A stretch of 62,855 bases of DNA, filler included, from Hausera hauseri (lineage: Eukaryota): the NCBI GenBank assembly GCA_046269625.1. It is 11 parts of 11 records of this genome, joined end to end, with 100 filler letters (N's around TTAATTAATTAA, not from the genome) between each part and the next. Parts side by side here need not be neighbours in the genome. Positions count along the whole stretch, not along the records: positions 51,422 to 55,717 come from JBJURY010650330.1; positions 55,818 to 62,855 come from JBJURY010042110.1; 9 more parts are not named here. One strand, given 5' to 3'. The notes under the pieces were generated by a model. The model did no database searches. It saw only the letters and a list, made by a program, of their open reading frames with translations, and had not been told where the DNA came from. The position numbers and the translations under genes are program-made. Below are positions 51,492 through 62,855 of the stretch, piece after piece (the stretch's first letter is position 1; the number at the start of each line of letters is the position of its first letter).

Positions 51492-51838
51492 GTTGCTATT
51501 CAGAATAGCCGGAATTCTGGCACTTCCTCCCTAAGTAGTTCGCCAATAAGAAATCAGAAAATACACATGATTTTATTATGTAAACAAATGGTTATTAAGC
51601 AAATAATTTATTTGCGACCGTCCCTTCAAAATTGGTTTACTATGAATTAACGCAAAACGTCGCGAGCATTTTTAAATTTCATATTGATGAATCACTTATG
51701 CAAGAAGTACCGATATTACAAAAATTATTATCAATCATTCAGAAATTGCTGCATAAGACCAACTGTCACGAGTTTTGATTTAAGTCAATTTTGTCCCGAT
51801 TGTAGTACGTTTAATTGGATGACTAATCAAACTCATGA

Positions 51839-54700
51839 CTATTTACTGTTTGTCAGATGTACTTTGTTTTGATTGATCCAGAAAATTACCACTCTTATTT
51901 GGGATGACTTTCTCTTTGTCTTTTCTGTTGGGATTTTCCGACGTAGGCATTCTTCACATTTTCCAATGACATCTACTTCTTTTGATATACCCGGAATTAT
52001 GAAGTGATGTTGAATATATGGTTTTGTTTTCTTTGTACCTAGATGGCATAGATCCGCATGTATCATCCGGATGAAATCTTTCCGCCTAGCTTTTGAAATC
52101 ATTGGTAGTCCGTAGTTCTGTTCTTTATATAATACGAAACCGTCTGTCATATCCAATTTATCGATAATATTGAAAATTTCTTTCGAGAATTATACTTTTT
52201 CCATTGTTGAGCTATCTAACCTACATTTTGCCTGTTGTATTTCTGTATAAGTAAATCATGTGCGTTCCCCGTGACCTTGTTTCAGATCACGTGTTGTTTG
52301 GAACTGAGCACACATCCTCATAAAACCGCCAGAATCTATCTGCATTTCCATACTGTTGGCCATTCCTATATTATAATGTAAAATTAAAATATGCCATGTT
52401 TTCTAGCCACGTCTGGAAAACATGGCAGCTTAACGCGGCATGTTTAAAATGCCGCATAAACTCTTTTTCTTGTAACGCAGTAGGCTTTCTGAAAAGATGC
52501 GTGTTCTAGACGCATACGCTACTACTTTTTTGTCATTTCCTATTTTTTTGACTAAGTACTGCTCCTATTGCACCAAACGATGCGTCTGTGTCTAAAATAA
52601 AATCCTTCGTTGGATCCATGAAGGTTAATATTGGTGCTTCACATTACTTCAATTTCAATAGCTTAAAACTTTCTTCACATTCCTTTGACCAAAATAACTC
52701 TCTACACATACTATTGCAAGCCTGATGTAAGGACGCCGCAATGAGCGCGTAATTCTTGATAAACCTTCTGTAATAGCCGGCAAGACCTAAATGCTCTCAA
52801 CGACCGCGTATACTTTGAAACTGGGAAATTCTGAATCTCTTTTACTTTTAGATGATTTGTTGATATTCCCCGATTATTAATGGTATGTCCAAGAAATATC
52901 AACTCCGAAACACCAAATCTACAGTTTTTTGAGTTTCACTCTTAGATTTGCATTTCTCAATCTATTCTTTACCTCTTCTAGTAGTTTGCAGTATTCCGAA
53001 ATCGTCTTTGGGTAAATCAACACGTCATCTAAGTATATGACAATACCCGCAAACAGTATGTCTTCGAACAGTGTATTCATCAACCTCTGAAAATTTCCAG
53101 GGGCCGTGGAAAGGCCAAATTGTACTCGGTTGAAACAATATTGTTGTGATTTCGTGCAAAAGACTGTTTTTTCTTGAGAGTCTTTATCCAACGCGATTTG
53201 ATGATATGCCTTACCGAGGTCTATACTTGAAAAAAAATTGGACCGGCTAACGCTTCAAATAATATCTGACTTTCTGGCATTGGAAAAGAAATTTTCTTTG
53301 CTATTTCATTTAACTTTCTAAAATCCAAACAAATTTGGATTTCTCCATCTTTCTTTTGAGCGATCACTAAAGGCGAATTCCATTAACATTTATATTTCTG
53401 AATAATACCCGCTTTCTCCAAGTCTTTCAGAAACTCTTCAATTTTACCTTCCTGATGTACTGATTGTCTTCTAGGATTTAAAAAGATTGGTTTACCCTCC
53501 GTTTCGATTCTATGTTTTACCACATCCGTAAATCCTAAATCATAATCATGTTTATTAAACACCTCCTCGTAGCGTTTTACAACTTCCACTAATTGACCCT
53601 CCGCGATTTTCGGTTTTCCCATGTTTGTCACAGCTGCTATTTTTCTCATTCGAGGCCCACTAACGCCAGTTTTCATTAATTTCATACCAAATGCCTTTAA
53701 AATATCTATTCTCCCAATATCTTCAGGCCTGATTGTTTTACTACTATCAATTCAATCTCATGTACTTCCTTATCCCACTCCACGTTGACTTTTACCTTCC
53801 CCAAACAACCATCACTTTTAGAAAAGGCTCCAGTCAATATTAGAGCGCACTTCGTTAGCGTAGATTGTCTTCTCGGTTTCCAAATCTTTTCATTGATTAC
53901 TGACACACTGGCTCCACTATTCAACATAATTTATATTTCACACATGTTCTGCTTGGCCTTACTCCACCATCGTCCGTCTTTCCTCACTATTATTGTTGCA
54001 TGTCGGTTTTGTAGATTCTCTACGCCAACGCCACTGACGAAATGATCACAGCAAAGTTTTTGGTGTTTAAAGTTTCCTGCAAGTCGTCTTCATAGGATAC
54101 AATTTTGTCTCCATGGTCTTCATACATGTCGTAATTTGAAACAGTTTCTAAATCCATGTCCACTTTTCCACATATCAAACATAAGTTGTTTAAAAGGCAA
54201 TTTCGCCTAATGTGTCCATGTTTTCCACAGCAAAAACCATCACCTTAGATAGCACTTCCTCTTTCGGTGCTAGTACGTGTTTCACGCGGCAGTAGAGAAT
54301 ATGGCTTCATTATATGCAAAGTGAGTTGGAGCCTGTCTTCTCCTATCTGCGATCAAACTGGCATGTGGTTTCTGGTCCTGAGCAATGTCCTTGTTCATCG
54401 ACCTTGTTTCAAACCTTTCTTTGAATATTCTCTTCCATTGTTGTGTATAAACGTTCTTCTGTCATATTATTTTGGTTTTACGTATGCTGTCTTCCCAAAA
54501 TTTTGATTGGAAGACTTTACCGCATTCCGGAATGATTTCGTCACTGGTGCCACTTCTCTGAACTTTTTTACGGTGTTGGTAGGGTGCGCATCCAAGCCGT
54601 CCACGTCATCGCATAGCTTGGATAGGGTTGGAAAATACCCACCCTCTCGTATGTCTGCTGTATCAGAATTGGATCGTTTGAATTTTCACATTGAAAAGTA
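51839..54700 (-). mobile_element. Ty3/gypsy internal region (gag with CCHC knuckles, PR, RT, RH, IN zinc finger), decayed
   Basis: CGKHGHIRRNC / CLICGK, MLNSGASVS, FGLSTAPGNFQR, YLDD, LDTDASFGAIG, HADLCHLG..CEEC. Confidence 0.92.
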
Positions 54701-54709
54701 AACACCAGT

Positions 54710-54865
54710 TGTAGAAAGTTTTTATTGCAATCCAAAATACTTATTTGGAAACAAAAATTCTAAATTTAAATTATATTTTTAATATTACACTCAATTAAAA
54801 TTTTTAAAATTTAAAAATGTTTTGAATTTAAATTAAGAATTTCCCTTCTCGATTATATCCTCACA
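54710..54865 (-). repeat. LTR (TGTGAG...CTACA) with PPT before and PBS-like TGGTG after
   Basis: Reverse complement AAAAAAGGGGA|TGTGAGG...CTACA|ACTGGTGTT. Confidence 0.8.
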
Positions 54866-54879
54866 TCCCCTTTTTTAAG

Positions 54880-55717
54880 AATCTTCGTAGCTTCTCTACA
54901 TTTCTCTCTTAGGTCTGGCCATCTTAATGTCGTAGTACGCATCGCCTGCCGTAAACTTTCTCAATGATCGTGTACGGGCCTTCGTATTTGTCTTTCTCCT
55001 TTGTTCCTGATTCTTCCGCACCAGCACCTGATCCCATACTTCAAACGTCCTTTTACCGTGGGTCCTTCCAGACTCTCTGTGTTCCTCCCTTCTGTTCCTT
55101 CTTTTTGTCCGTACCATCTTTCTCTATATATCTTTCTGCCAGATATTCTGTCTGCTGGACTCTTACCTGTCGTCTTCTGGACTATTACATTCAACGTAAA
55201 TTCTATTTCTGGTAGTATGTCCTCCAAGTCCACTCTCAACTTTTCTGATATCGTGGTATTTATGTATTCTCTGATTGTTCGGAATTATCTCTCGATGATA
55301 CCGTTTGTGTTGTGGTGTTATGGGCTCGAATAGCACATTTATATATTTATTGATGACGCCATGTCTTTTATCAATTTCGACTCAAATGCTTTTTTGCAGT
55401 CTGTATGTATTTTTTTGGTGCCCCGTATTTGAGGATCCATTTCTTTTCTATCTCTGCTTTTATGGTTGCTTCACCTTGCCTCGGTATAGCAATTAGGGTT
55501 AGGTATCTACTGTACGGATTTATCACTGCTAAAATGTACATTTTTTTCTCAATGTCTCCTTCATTGGTTCACAAATATCTATGTATACTTTCTCGAATGA
55601 CTCGTTTGCTGATAGGTTCACTGTTTCTTCCTTCGTGGGTGTTGTCAAGGTTTTGCTTCGCTGACAGGCTTCGCAATGTCGAATTACTGTCTGGACTGCT
55701 TCTCGTAGGTTGTCCAT
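54880..55717 (-). pseudogene. Ty3/gypsy integrase (TGTGAG-LTR family)
   Basis: CEACQRSK..VYIDICEP..ILPEIEFTLN..QKTTGKSPA; paralog of 27805-28430. Confidence 0.9.
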
Positions 55718-56449
55718 NNNNNNNNNNNNNNNNNNNNNNNNNNNNNNNNNNNNNNNNNNNNTTAATTAATTAANNNNNNNNNNNNNNNNNNNNNNNNNNN
55801 NNNNNNNNNNNNNNNNNTATAAAACATTTATTCGTCACACGGGAAGAATCGAATCCTTCTTTGTTTTGAATCCTTATAATTGGATTTGGACTTCCGTTAC
55901 TTTGCCGGGGATTTGACAATTATTTCACAATTTTTGCCATAAAAATCTGTAATTTTGGCATTTTCATGCGAACGTAGAAATATATCTTCTTTGGTCAATT
56001 TCATTTTCGGATGCACAGAGACAAATTTAGGTTTTGGATTGAGATAAATATACATCTATGCAAAGCGATGCTAATTCCAAAAAGAAATATTTGATCAAAA
56101 TGACTAATACAATATAATGAATTTAAAAATCAATATGGTGTCAAATCAAAAATTTATTCGATTTTCAAAACATATAGTGTTTACACTAACGTATTAAAAC
56201 AAATCAATTTGTATATATACACATATGTATAGAAAGTTGTAGACAATGCAACCAATATCTCCACAATATCAGTATCCGAAAAACAAGGAAAAAGGAAAAA
56301 ACTAAGACAGACAAACACTCACACACCTAAAACGATGTACAGGGAGTAAGCAAAAAAATGAATATTTGCCATTTGAGTGGTATAAAATCTCTAACAAAAA
56401 AGTACTATGCATGCAATGTATAGTGCCAGTGATTGGATTTATTCGGCAA

Positions 56450-57380
56450 ATGCGGTAGACTTCTTTGCCAGTTACATGGACTAACAAAACTCGTTCTAGC
56501 CCTTCGGTAAGCGTTTCGACGTATTCCATGTAATTTTAGTAACTCGTTTCGTTCTTTGATTGACTGGCAAGATTGACGAGAAACAAACAAGCATTTTGAG
56601 ATTTGTCGCGGATCATTTAGTTTAATTTTACGGCATTGTGCATTCGTCTGTTGGTTCGTTAAGGTTTCATTCCCTGCAGTGCCGCGGGAGAAAATGTAAA
56701 TTCATTAATTCGTTCTGGTATTTCATCCCCGTGTGCTTTTACTGGATTTGCAAAGGTTACTGAATGCTGATTTTGCTGTGGAGTAGCATCAGGTATGAGA
56801 ATAAGTGTCTGTTCGGTAGTCGATGTTTTCATTTCATCTGATTGAGTATTTTCGGCTGGATGGGTATGCACTTTATTTTTGTCTTCTTTTGATTTGATGT
56901 TGCTGTTTGCGTAGTAATCTTCAACATCAATACTGATACTGGAAACAGGCATCAATTTTGCTTTTGCATCAGCGACAGAGTTTAACTCATCTCCTTTCGT
57001 ATGATGTTTGTCACGAATTGATTGAACTTCTCGTGTACAACCGAAATTCATGTTTTCTGAGTTTTTTCCGCATATTCATATCCATTGTCCGTTGAAAAAC
57101 AGAAGCTGAGATGTCAGCTTGATCGAATTCGACAATTTCTACATCGGCAGCAATTCGTAAATTATAGATAAACTGTTTAAATTCTTTTCTTAAATTGATA
57201 TTTATCAGTTTCACTTGCAATGACAAATATTCGTAAAGTACATTTACTCCATGCACGGACTCTAATCGACAAATGAGCAGTGAGAATTAGAAGACCACCA
57301 TCATGAACAGTACACCAGACATCTATGGTTCCGCTCATTTCGGTGATATTATTGTCAATACTTTCTTTTGACAGCATATG
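56450..57380 (-). pseudogene. SLC12 K-Cl cotransporter (KCC) C-terminal domain fragment
   Basis: GTIDVWCTVHDGGLL, WSKCTLRIF, LRIAADVEIVE..DISA, REVQSI, NYMEYVETLTEGLERVLLV..GKEV; contains stops and frameshifts. Confidence 0.9.
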
Positions 57381-57408
57381 TCTTCGTTTGCTTCGTGCTT
57401 GAAATTTA

Positions 57409-57613
57409 TCAATTTGTGTTTTTTGAAGTGAGAATGTGGAAAACTAAATTATTCAAATATAGTGCTAAATTTGATTTTGTTTCATCGCTCTTTTCCTGCA
57501 AAATATTCGATAGAGAATTAGCCGCCATGATTTTTACTGGGAATTCTGGATCGTCGGAAATCGTATGGACAGTGTTGTGAATCATATTCCGAAACAACGT
57601 CATTCATCTTTGT
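57409..57613 (-). pseudogene. Importin-7/8-like HEAT-repeat fragment
   Basis: DDPEFPVKIMAANSLSNIL resembles importin-7 DDREMPVKVEAAIALQVLI. Confidence 0.5.
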
Positions 57614-57798
57614 TGTAGCTTATTGAATCAAATTCAATTCCCGATTATGTCGACGACAAACTCGGTATTTTTTGTCTCCAGAATCGGAGATGTTTGATTT
57701 GAAGTCGGTAAGTTTCATTTGATGCCGTTTTTAGGCGGAAAATGAGGGCCGCCTATGGGACCGACGCGGCGGCGGCGGACGCCAAAATGGACACCGCA
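57614..57798 (-). repeat. LTR-like repeat at the 3' end of CsRN1-like copy 2
   Basis: TGCGGTGTCCA...GCTACA; termini resemble 2424-2810; no adjacent PPT. Confidence 0.5.
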
Positions 57799-57882
57799 AA
57801 ACGAAAAAGTGTCTGTGTTAGCCGATCTTAGTGTAGACAAGACGTTGGATGTTTTCTAGTGATTTTTCCCTGCTATACTTGC

Positions 57883-60800
57883 TTAATGTGACTCTGCATG
57901 TTTTGTTTTTTTGCGATGTGTTTGCTTGCAGAGTTTGAAGCTAGGGGAAAAAATTGTCGCATTTTGTTGTGAGTGTTGTGTCATGCAAAGATCAGTCAGA
58001 AAGAAGAGAAGATGGCGAGGAGGTACAAAGCTGGAGAGAGCGAGAAGATGGAGAAGGCGAAGGAAAGTAGTTGGAGGGTGGTATGCAAGAGGTTGGATTG
58101 ATGAACTGGGTAGATGAAGAGATTGGTAAAGTCGAAGTGGTGTTTGATGGAGGAGGTATTGTAAGAGGAGAAAGCAAGTTGTTATGAGTGGATGAAAGAG
58201 GTGTGGAAAGGCTTTAAGGTGCAAAATCGAGTAAGAAAAGGAGGCTGAATTGTGAGAAGAAATTGAAGTAGACGTTTTGGGAGAATACGTAGGGGAAAGT
58301 GGATTGAGAAATTGAGCAGAGATGGAGCGTGCATTGTTGGATTGCTGCGCGTAGTGTAAAGATGTTGGTGCAGAGGTGGTCTCGATGGGGGATGTATCGT
58401 CAATGAAGAAAGCCGGTTTAGCGTTATTGATGTGGACTGTTATTTCTTTGTCGTCTTTGAGAATGATGATGTTGTGGGAGTGTAAGCGAATTACTTTGTA
58501 AAGGCCGACATACTGAGGTTGAAAACCATACGGTGTCTGATTCTTTAGCCAAACGAACTTGGTAGTATATAAATCGTCGGGTATGTAGGGTTTATTTTCG
58601 TGCAACAATCTGCAAAATGAGTCTTTGCTGATCTCAACGAAGTGTCTCTGTGCCGCCTGTATAGTTTTATCTGTAGGAGTGTTGTCCAGCTCAGTCAGCT
58701 GGAATAATGATCTGATATAAGTGCCAAATAATGCTTCTGCAGGTGAATAGCCTGTAGAAGTAAATGGTGTGTTCCGTCAACCAAGCAGAACGTACGGAAG
58801 GAGTGTGGTCCAACTGCGATTGGACTCAGAAAGGATTTTAAGAGACGTTTTCATCGTTCGGTGAAAGCGTTCGAGAAGGCCATTCGATTGGGGATGATAT
58901 GGTGGCGTGTGAATGTAATTAATTCCCAATCGATTGATAAGAACTTTAAACAGATTGGATTCGAACTGTGGACCTTGTTCCGAAATGATGTTGCGAGGTG
59001 ATCCAAACCTGCCTATCCAAGTGCGGATGAAAACGTTTGCGATGGGTTCTGTGTTGGTGCTCCGAAGCAGAACAGCTTCTGACTATCGCGAGGAACGGTC
59101 CATTATTGTGAGAATGAACTGATGGCCGATGTCTAAAAGTAGGGGCCCTACAAGGTCAATGTGAAAAGGTTTGAAATGAGACGTGCAGGGAAAATAAAAT
59201 AGTGGCTGCTTTAGGTGCTTAGTGACTTTGTATTTTTGGCATGCCACACACTGCCTAACCCATGCCTGCACGTCAGAGCGCATCGACGGCCATACTACTT
59301 GGCGTTGTAAGAGGCGAAAAGTGGCCTTGACACCAGGATGATGCAACGAATGTACGCTGTGGAACGCTTCCTTTTGAAGCGACTCAAGAAAAATGGTTTT
59401 GGGATTATTATGTTTGGAAGTGTCAAAGGTCACACCGTCGATGGTTTTGCAAGATTTAAAAGATTTGAGGATGTCAAGAGGTGGCTGGTTTTGTTGAAGT
59501 TTGGATTGAGGAAAAATTGGTGTAAAAAGTCAGCTACTAAATTGTCGACTACGTTTAAGTGCTTAATTACAAAATTAAACGTTGACAAATACAATATCTG
59601 CCTCTCCTGACGTGGAGAAGGCGATTTTATGGCGAAAATGTGAAGCAAGGGCTTGTGGTCCGTTTGTATGGTAAAAGTTCGTGCAGTTAGGATATGTTTA
59701 AAGTGTTTACCGCAAGGACCATTGCAAGTAACTCACAGTCAAAGGTGGAATATCTTTGCTCTTGTGCTGTGAATTTTCAAGAAAAGAATTCCAATCGCTC
59801 ATGCAATCCATTTTTAACTTGATGGAGGCAGCATTTGCATCTGTTGTGGATGCGTCGGTGGTTAAGAAAAGTTCTGCATGCGAGTCTGGATAGGCCAGGA
59901 TTTACACAGTTTTTAAATTATCTTTGAGGCGATCGAAGTCATTGACTAAATTGGCGGTCCATTGAATAGGCTGTTTCTTCTTGCAAGAGCTTAGTGATGC
60001 AAATGGAGCGGTTAGAGTGGACCAGTGTGGAACGTACTTATGAACAAAGTGCAAGGTTTCAAGGAAAGAAGGCATCTCTGTTGATGTACGTGGAAGCTGA
60101 ATGTTTTTGAGCTGTGTGATGCGGTCTGGCTGCGGTGAGTGTCCGGAGGAGCTAATAACATGTCCTAGGAAGTTGACCTTATGCTGAAAAAAGAGAATTT
60201 AGAGAAATTGATTTGCAAGCTGTTTTGGTGTAAGCGCTGGAAGATTAAGCGTAAGTGTTCAGAGTGTTGTTTGGAGGACGATGATGCAATTAAGATATCA
60301 TCGATATAGGGATAGGCGAAGTCTAAGCCTGATAGGACTGTATCAATATGCCTTTGAAAGGTCTGGGACGCGCTACGGAGTACAAAAGGCATAAAGAGGT
60401 ACTCGAAAAAGCCGAAAGATATAATGACAGCTGTTTGCAAAATGTCTGCTGGGGCCACCGGAATTTGGTGGTATGCTTTGTGCAAATCAGTGCAGGAGAA
60501 GATGGTCGAACAATGGAGCTTGTGAAGGATATCGTTGTTAATTGGTAGAGGGTAGGCATCCATTGTTGTTATGGTGTTAAGTTGGCGGTAATCACCGCAT
60601 GGGCGAAAGGTCCCATCTTTTTTGGAACTACATACAGTGGTGAAGACCAAGGGAATTTGGATCTTCTGATAATTCCTGAACTTTCCAGTTCGAGAAACTC
60701 AGCCTCCACTGCCTGTCTGCGACGAGGCGATAGCGGATGGACCTTTTGCTGTATTGGTCTTTGATGTGCTGTTACTATGCGATGGAAGGTGGATTGAGGT

Positions 60801-62855
60801 GGTATGAATGATTTGTCCTTCTGTAACAGATGCGTGCAGGAAGACGAAATGTATTGTTGTAGATCAGAAGGCAACGATAAATAGTTATCCGGTGGTATCG
60901 ATGCGTCGTTACTGGATTCAATTGAATTGTGAGTTATAGACAAGTTGTTGTGACTGGGTGGTATTTGGTGCAGGATGTTTGTGTTGAAGATGGTGTTGGC
61001 AGCTGTGCTATTAGTAATAGGTGCCACGCAGTTGGTAATATCGTATTTGTTGGCGTAATAAAAATTTCTTTATAACAAATGATTATGAAAATAATTCAAA
61101 TCCGTAGCCGTTTTCTCTAGTATTGATTTACTGGACTCGACTGCCGGGGTTGTCATCGAAATGCTGCTAATTTGATTAACATTATTTCCGCTCTTTAAGG
61201 AATATTGTTTGCAGTCTACAATTAAATTGTAGTAGAACAGAAAGTCTGAACCCAATATAGGTGTGCGTACATTAGATATTGTGAATTTCCACGTGAATGT
61301 GTTTGTGAAGTGTGGGAGAGTAAATATTAATGTGGTAGCTCCAAAAATTTTAAGGGTTTACCGGACGCAGTAAATAGTTGCTTTTGTGAAGTGTAATTGT
61401 GTTGAATGTGTTGTTTTGGTGGCAGTAGAGAGATTGCTGCGCCGGTGTCTATAAGAAAGTTTATTTTTTGCTTTGTTGAAGTGATGACTGCTGCTTCCAA
61501 CATGAATACAGCAAAAGAAATGTGTCGGCTATGTTTTTGTTGGTTGTTGCCTTTGCTAAGACTTGCTGTGTGCCCTGGAGGCGAAATTAGTTTTTTGGAG
61601 CTGGTGGGTTTGGCCTACTGTTTTGTGTGAGATTATTAGTGTTAGTTTTATTGGTTGTACTGTAGGTACAGTCAGGTAGGCATTTTTGTGCTTTTGTACC
61701 AAATTTTGAGTGGTAGATGCAAACAGTGTTGCTTGTATTAACTTCAGGGGAATAAAATTTACAACCAATGCAGCATTTCTGAACATTGTTGCCAAATTTG
61801 CTATGATAATAGCAAATAAATGACCGCGCGGGAGAAGGCGACCGTCTTTGGCGTTGATTAAATATATTAGGGGAAGCAGGCCTAGAATAACCCCGTCGAG
61901 GTAGTGTTAATGCGTTTAGTTTGTCGTTAATGTTGTTAATTGTATTTTGCAATGTTTCATTTTCTATGCGTAATTGCGCAATTTGTTGCTGCAGCATTGT
62001 ATTTTGTTGTTGTTGATCTGTTACCAATGCTGCAGAGATAATTGGTGATGCATGTGAGTGCAATACGTCATATGCCTTGTCTGCCAGTTCGGCTAGTTTG
62101 ACAAGATCCGTGGAGTCTTCAACCACAGTTAGCAAAGCTCTTATTTGAAGGGGCAATGCATTTAAGAAATAGCGATGAAGAAGCTCGGAACTGTGTTCAG
62201 AGGTTACGCCAAGGGTGTTGCGGTGGGACAAGGATGTGCGTAGGAATTCAGAAGGCTTCTGAAGGCCCATGGCGTTGTCGTTAAAGAATTTTTGAATGAC
62301 TGAATCTATTAAATGCTCAATAAGCTTGAAAACGGCATTATAGAGTTGAGTATATGGGTCAGCGTGCTGAAGGATATCGATTATATTGGTGATTTTAGTT
62401 TTGATGGAAGCTGGTAAATGTAAAAAGAGGCTGTTGGCTTTGGCTAAAGAGTCGACGACGTTTTGCGATTGGAGCTAAAAGTGGTGCAGTTTTAACCAAG
62501 TTTGAGTATAGTTTTGGCTATCGAGAAAATATTCAGTGCAGGATGAATAAATGAGGAGAGTATGTTCTGTAGGGGTGTTGGAAGCGCTGTGTTTGGGTAA
62601 ATGAATGATGGAAATCAGTTGTTTAGTGAGGTTGTCCGTGGTGTCGATTGTGGGTGACGAATCCATGCCACCACGGATACGGAAATTAATATGAAGACAG
62701 ATATGGGTTGAGGAAGATTGTAGAGTTCCAACAAGGGGTACAAGAGATCCGTTATGTCCGAGGTAGAAATCGAAGGCGTGAAGTAGGGTAGAGATGAAGT
62801 TATGAATGGTTGCAGTGTGTAAATGCAATGCTATGTATGTGTGTATGTGTTTATT
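57883..62855 (-). mobile_element. Ty3/gypsy CsRN1-like copy 2 (Ubl-gag-pol), decayed
   Basis: Collinear paralog of 4292-9070: Ubl ..LHINFRIRGG|M, gag QKPSEFLR/LAELADK, two CHCC motifs, FLIDTGAAIS, YIDD, DLVGPL, Ser/Pro-rich tail. Confidence 0.95.
61587..62855 (-). pseudogene. gag: Ubiquitin-like domain-Gag fusion, copy 2
   Basis: FDFYLGHNGSLV..ICLHINFRIRGG (GG at 62667-62672) then MDS; ICYYHSKFGNNVQKCCIGC and VCIYHSKFGTKAQKCLPDC. Confidence 0.85.

Noticed and set aside
9071-55817. Recurrent TTAATTAATTAA motif inside N-runs, and ORFs ending in XXX..LIN
   Set aside because: Artificial six-frame-stop linker; no synteny should be inferred across these joins

Overview
AT-rich metazoan genomic DNA made of 11 short contigs joined by artificial N-runs that carry a TTAATTAATTAA six-frame-stop linker, so adjacency across gaps is not biological. 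The window is almost entirely decayed mobile DNA. It holds several Ty3/gypsy families, Polinton/Maverick fragments (packaging ATPase, integrase, two minor capsids, core protein, major capsid, pPolB, terminal repeats), and Tc1, mariner and hAT remnants. Host-gene pieces are importin-alpha, importin-7/8, a KCC/SLC12 C-terminus and a tetraspanin. Two retroelement architectures stand out. (1) A large gypsy family (14147-19458 and 36502-42161, plus probable relative 19559-22712) has a chuvirus-like class III fusion glycoprotein upstream of pol that runs in frame through its cytoplasmic tail into the protease (apparent Env-Pol polyprotein, no intervening gag). Accessory genes follow the integrase: an Ig/FN3-like type I membrane protein, an orphan ORF and a REXO4/ISG20-like exonuclease lacking its catalytic residues. 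(2) A CsRN1-like gypsy family (4292-9070 and 57883-62855) has Gag fused to an N-terminal ubiquitin-like domain ending in a conserved di-glycine directly before the Gag Met. All family assignments come from motif recognition by eye; no searches were run.
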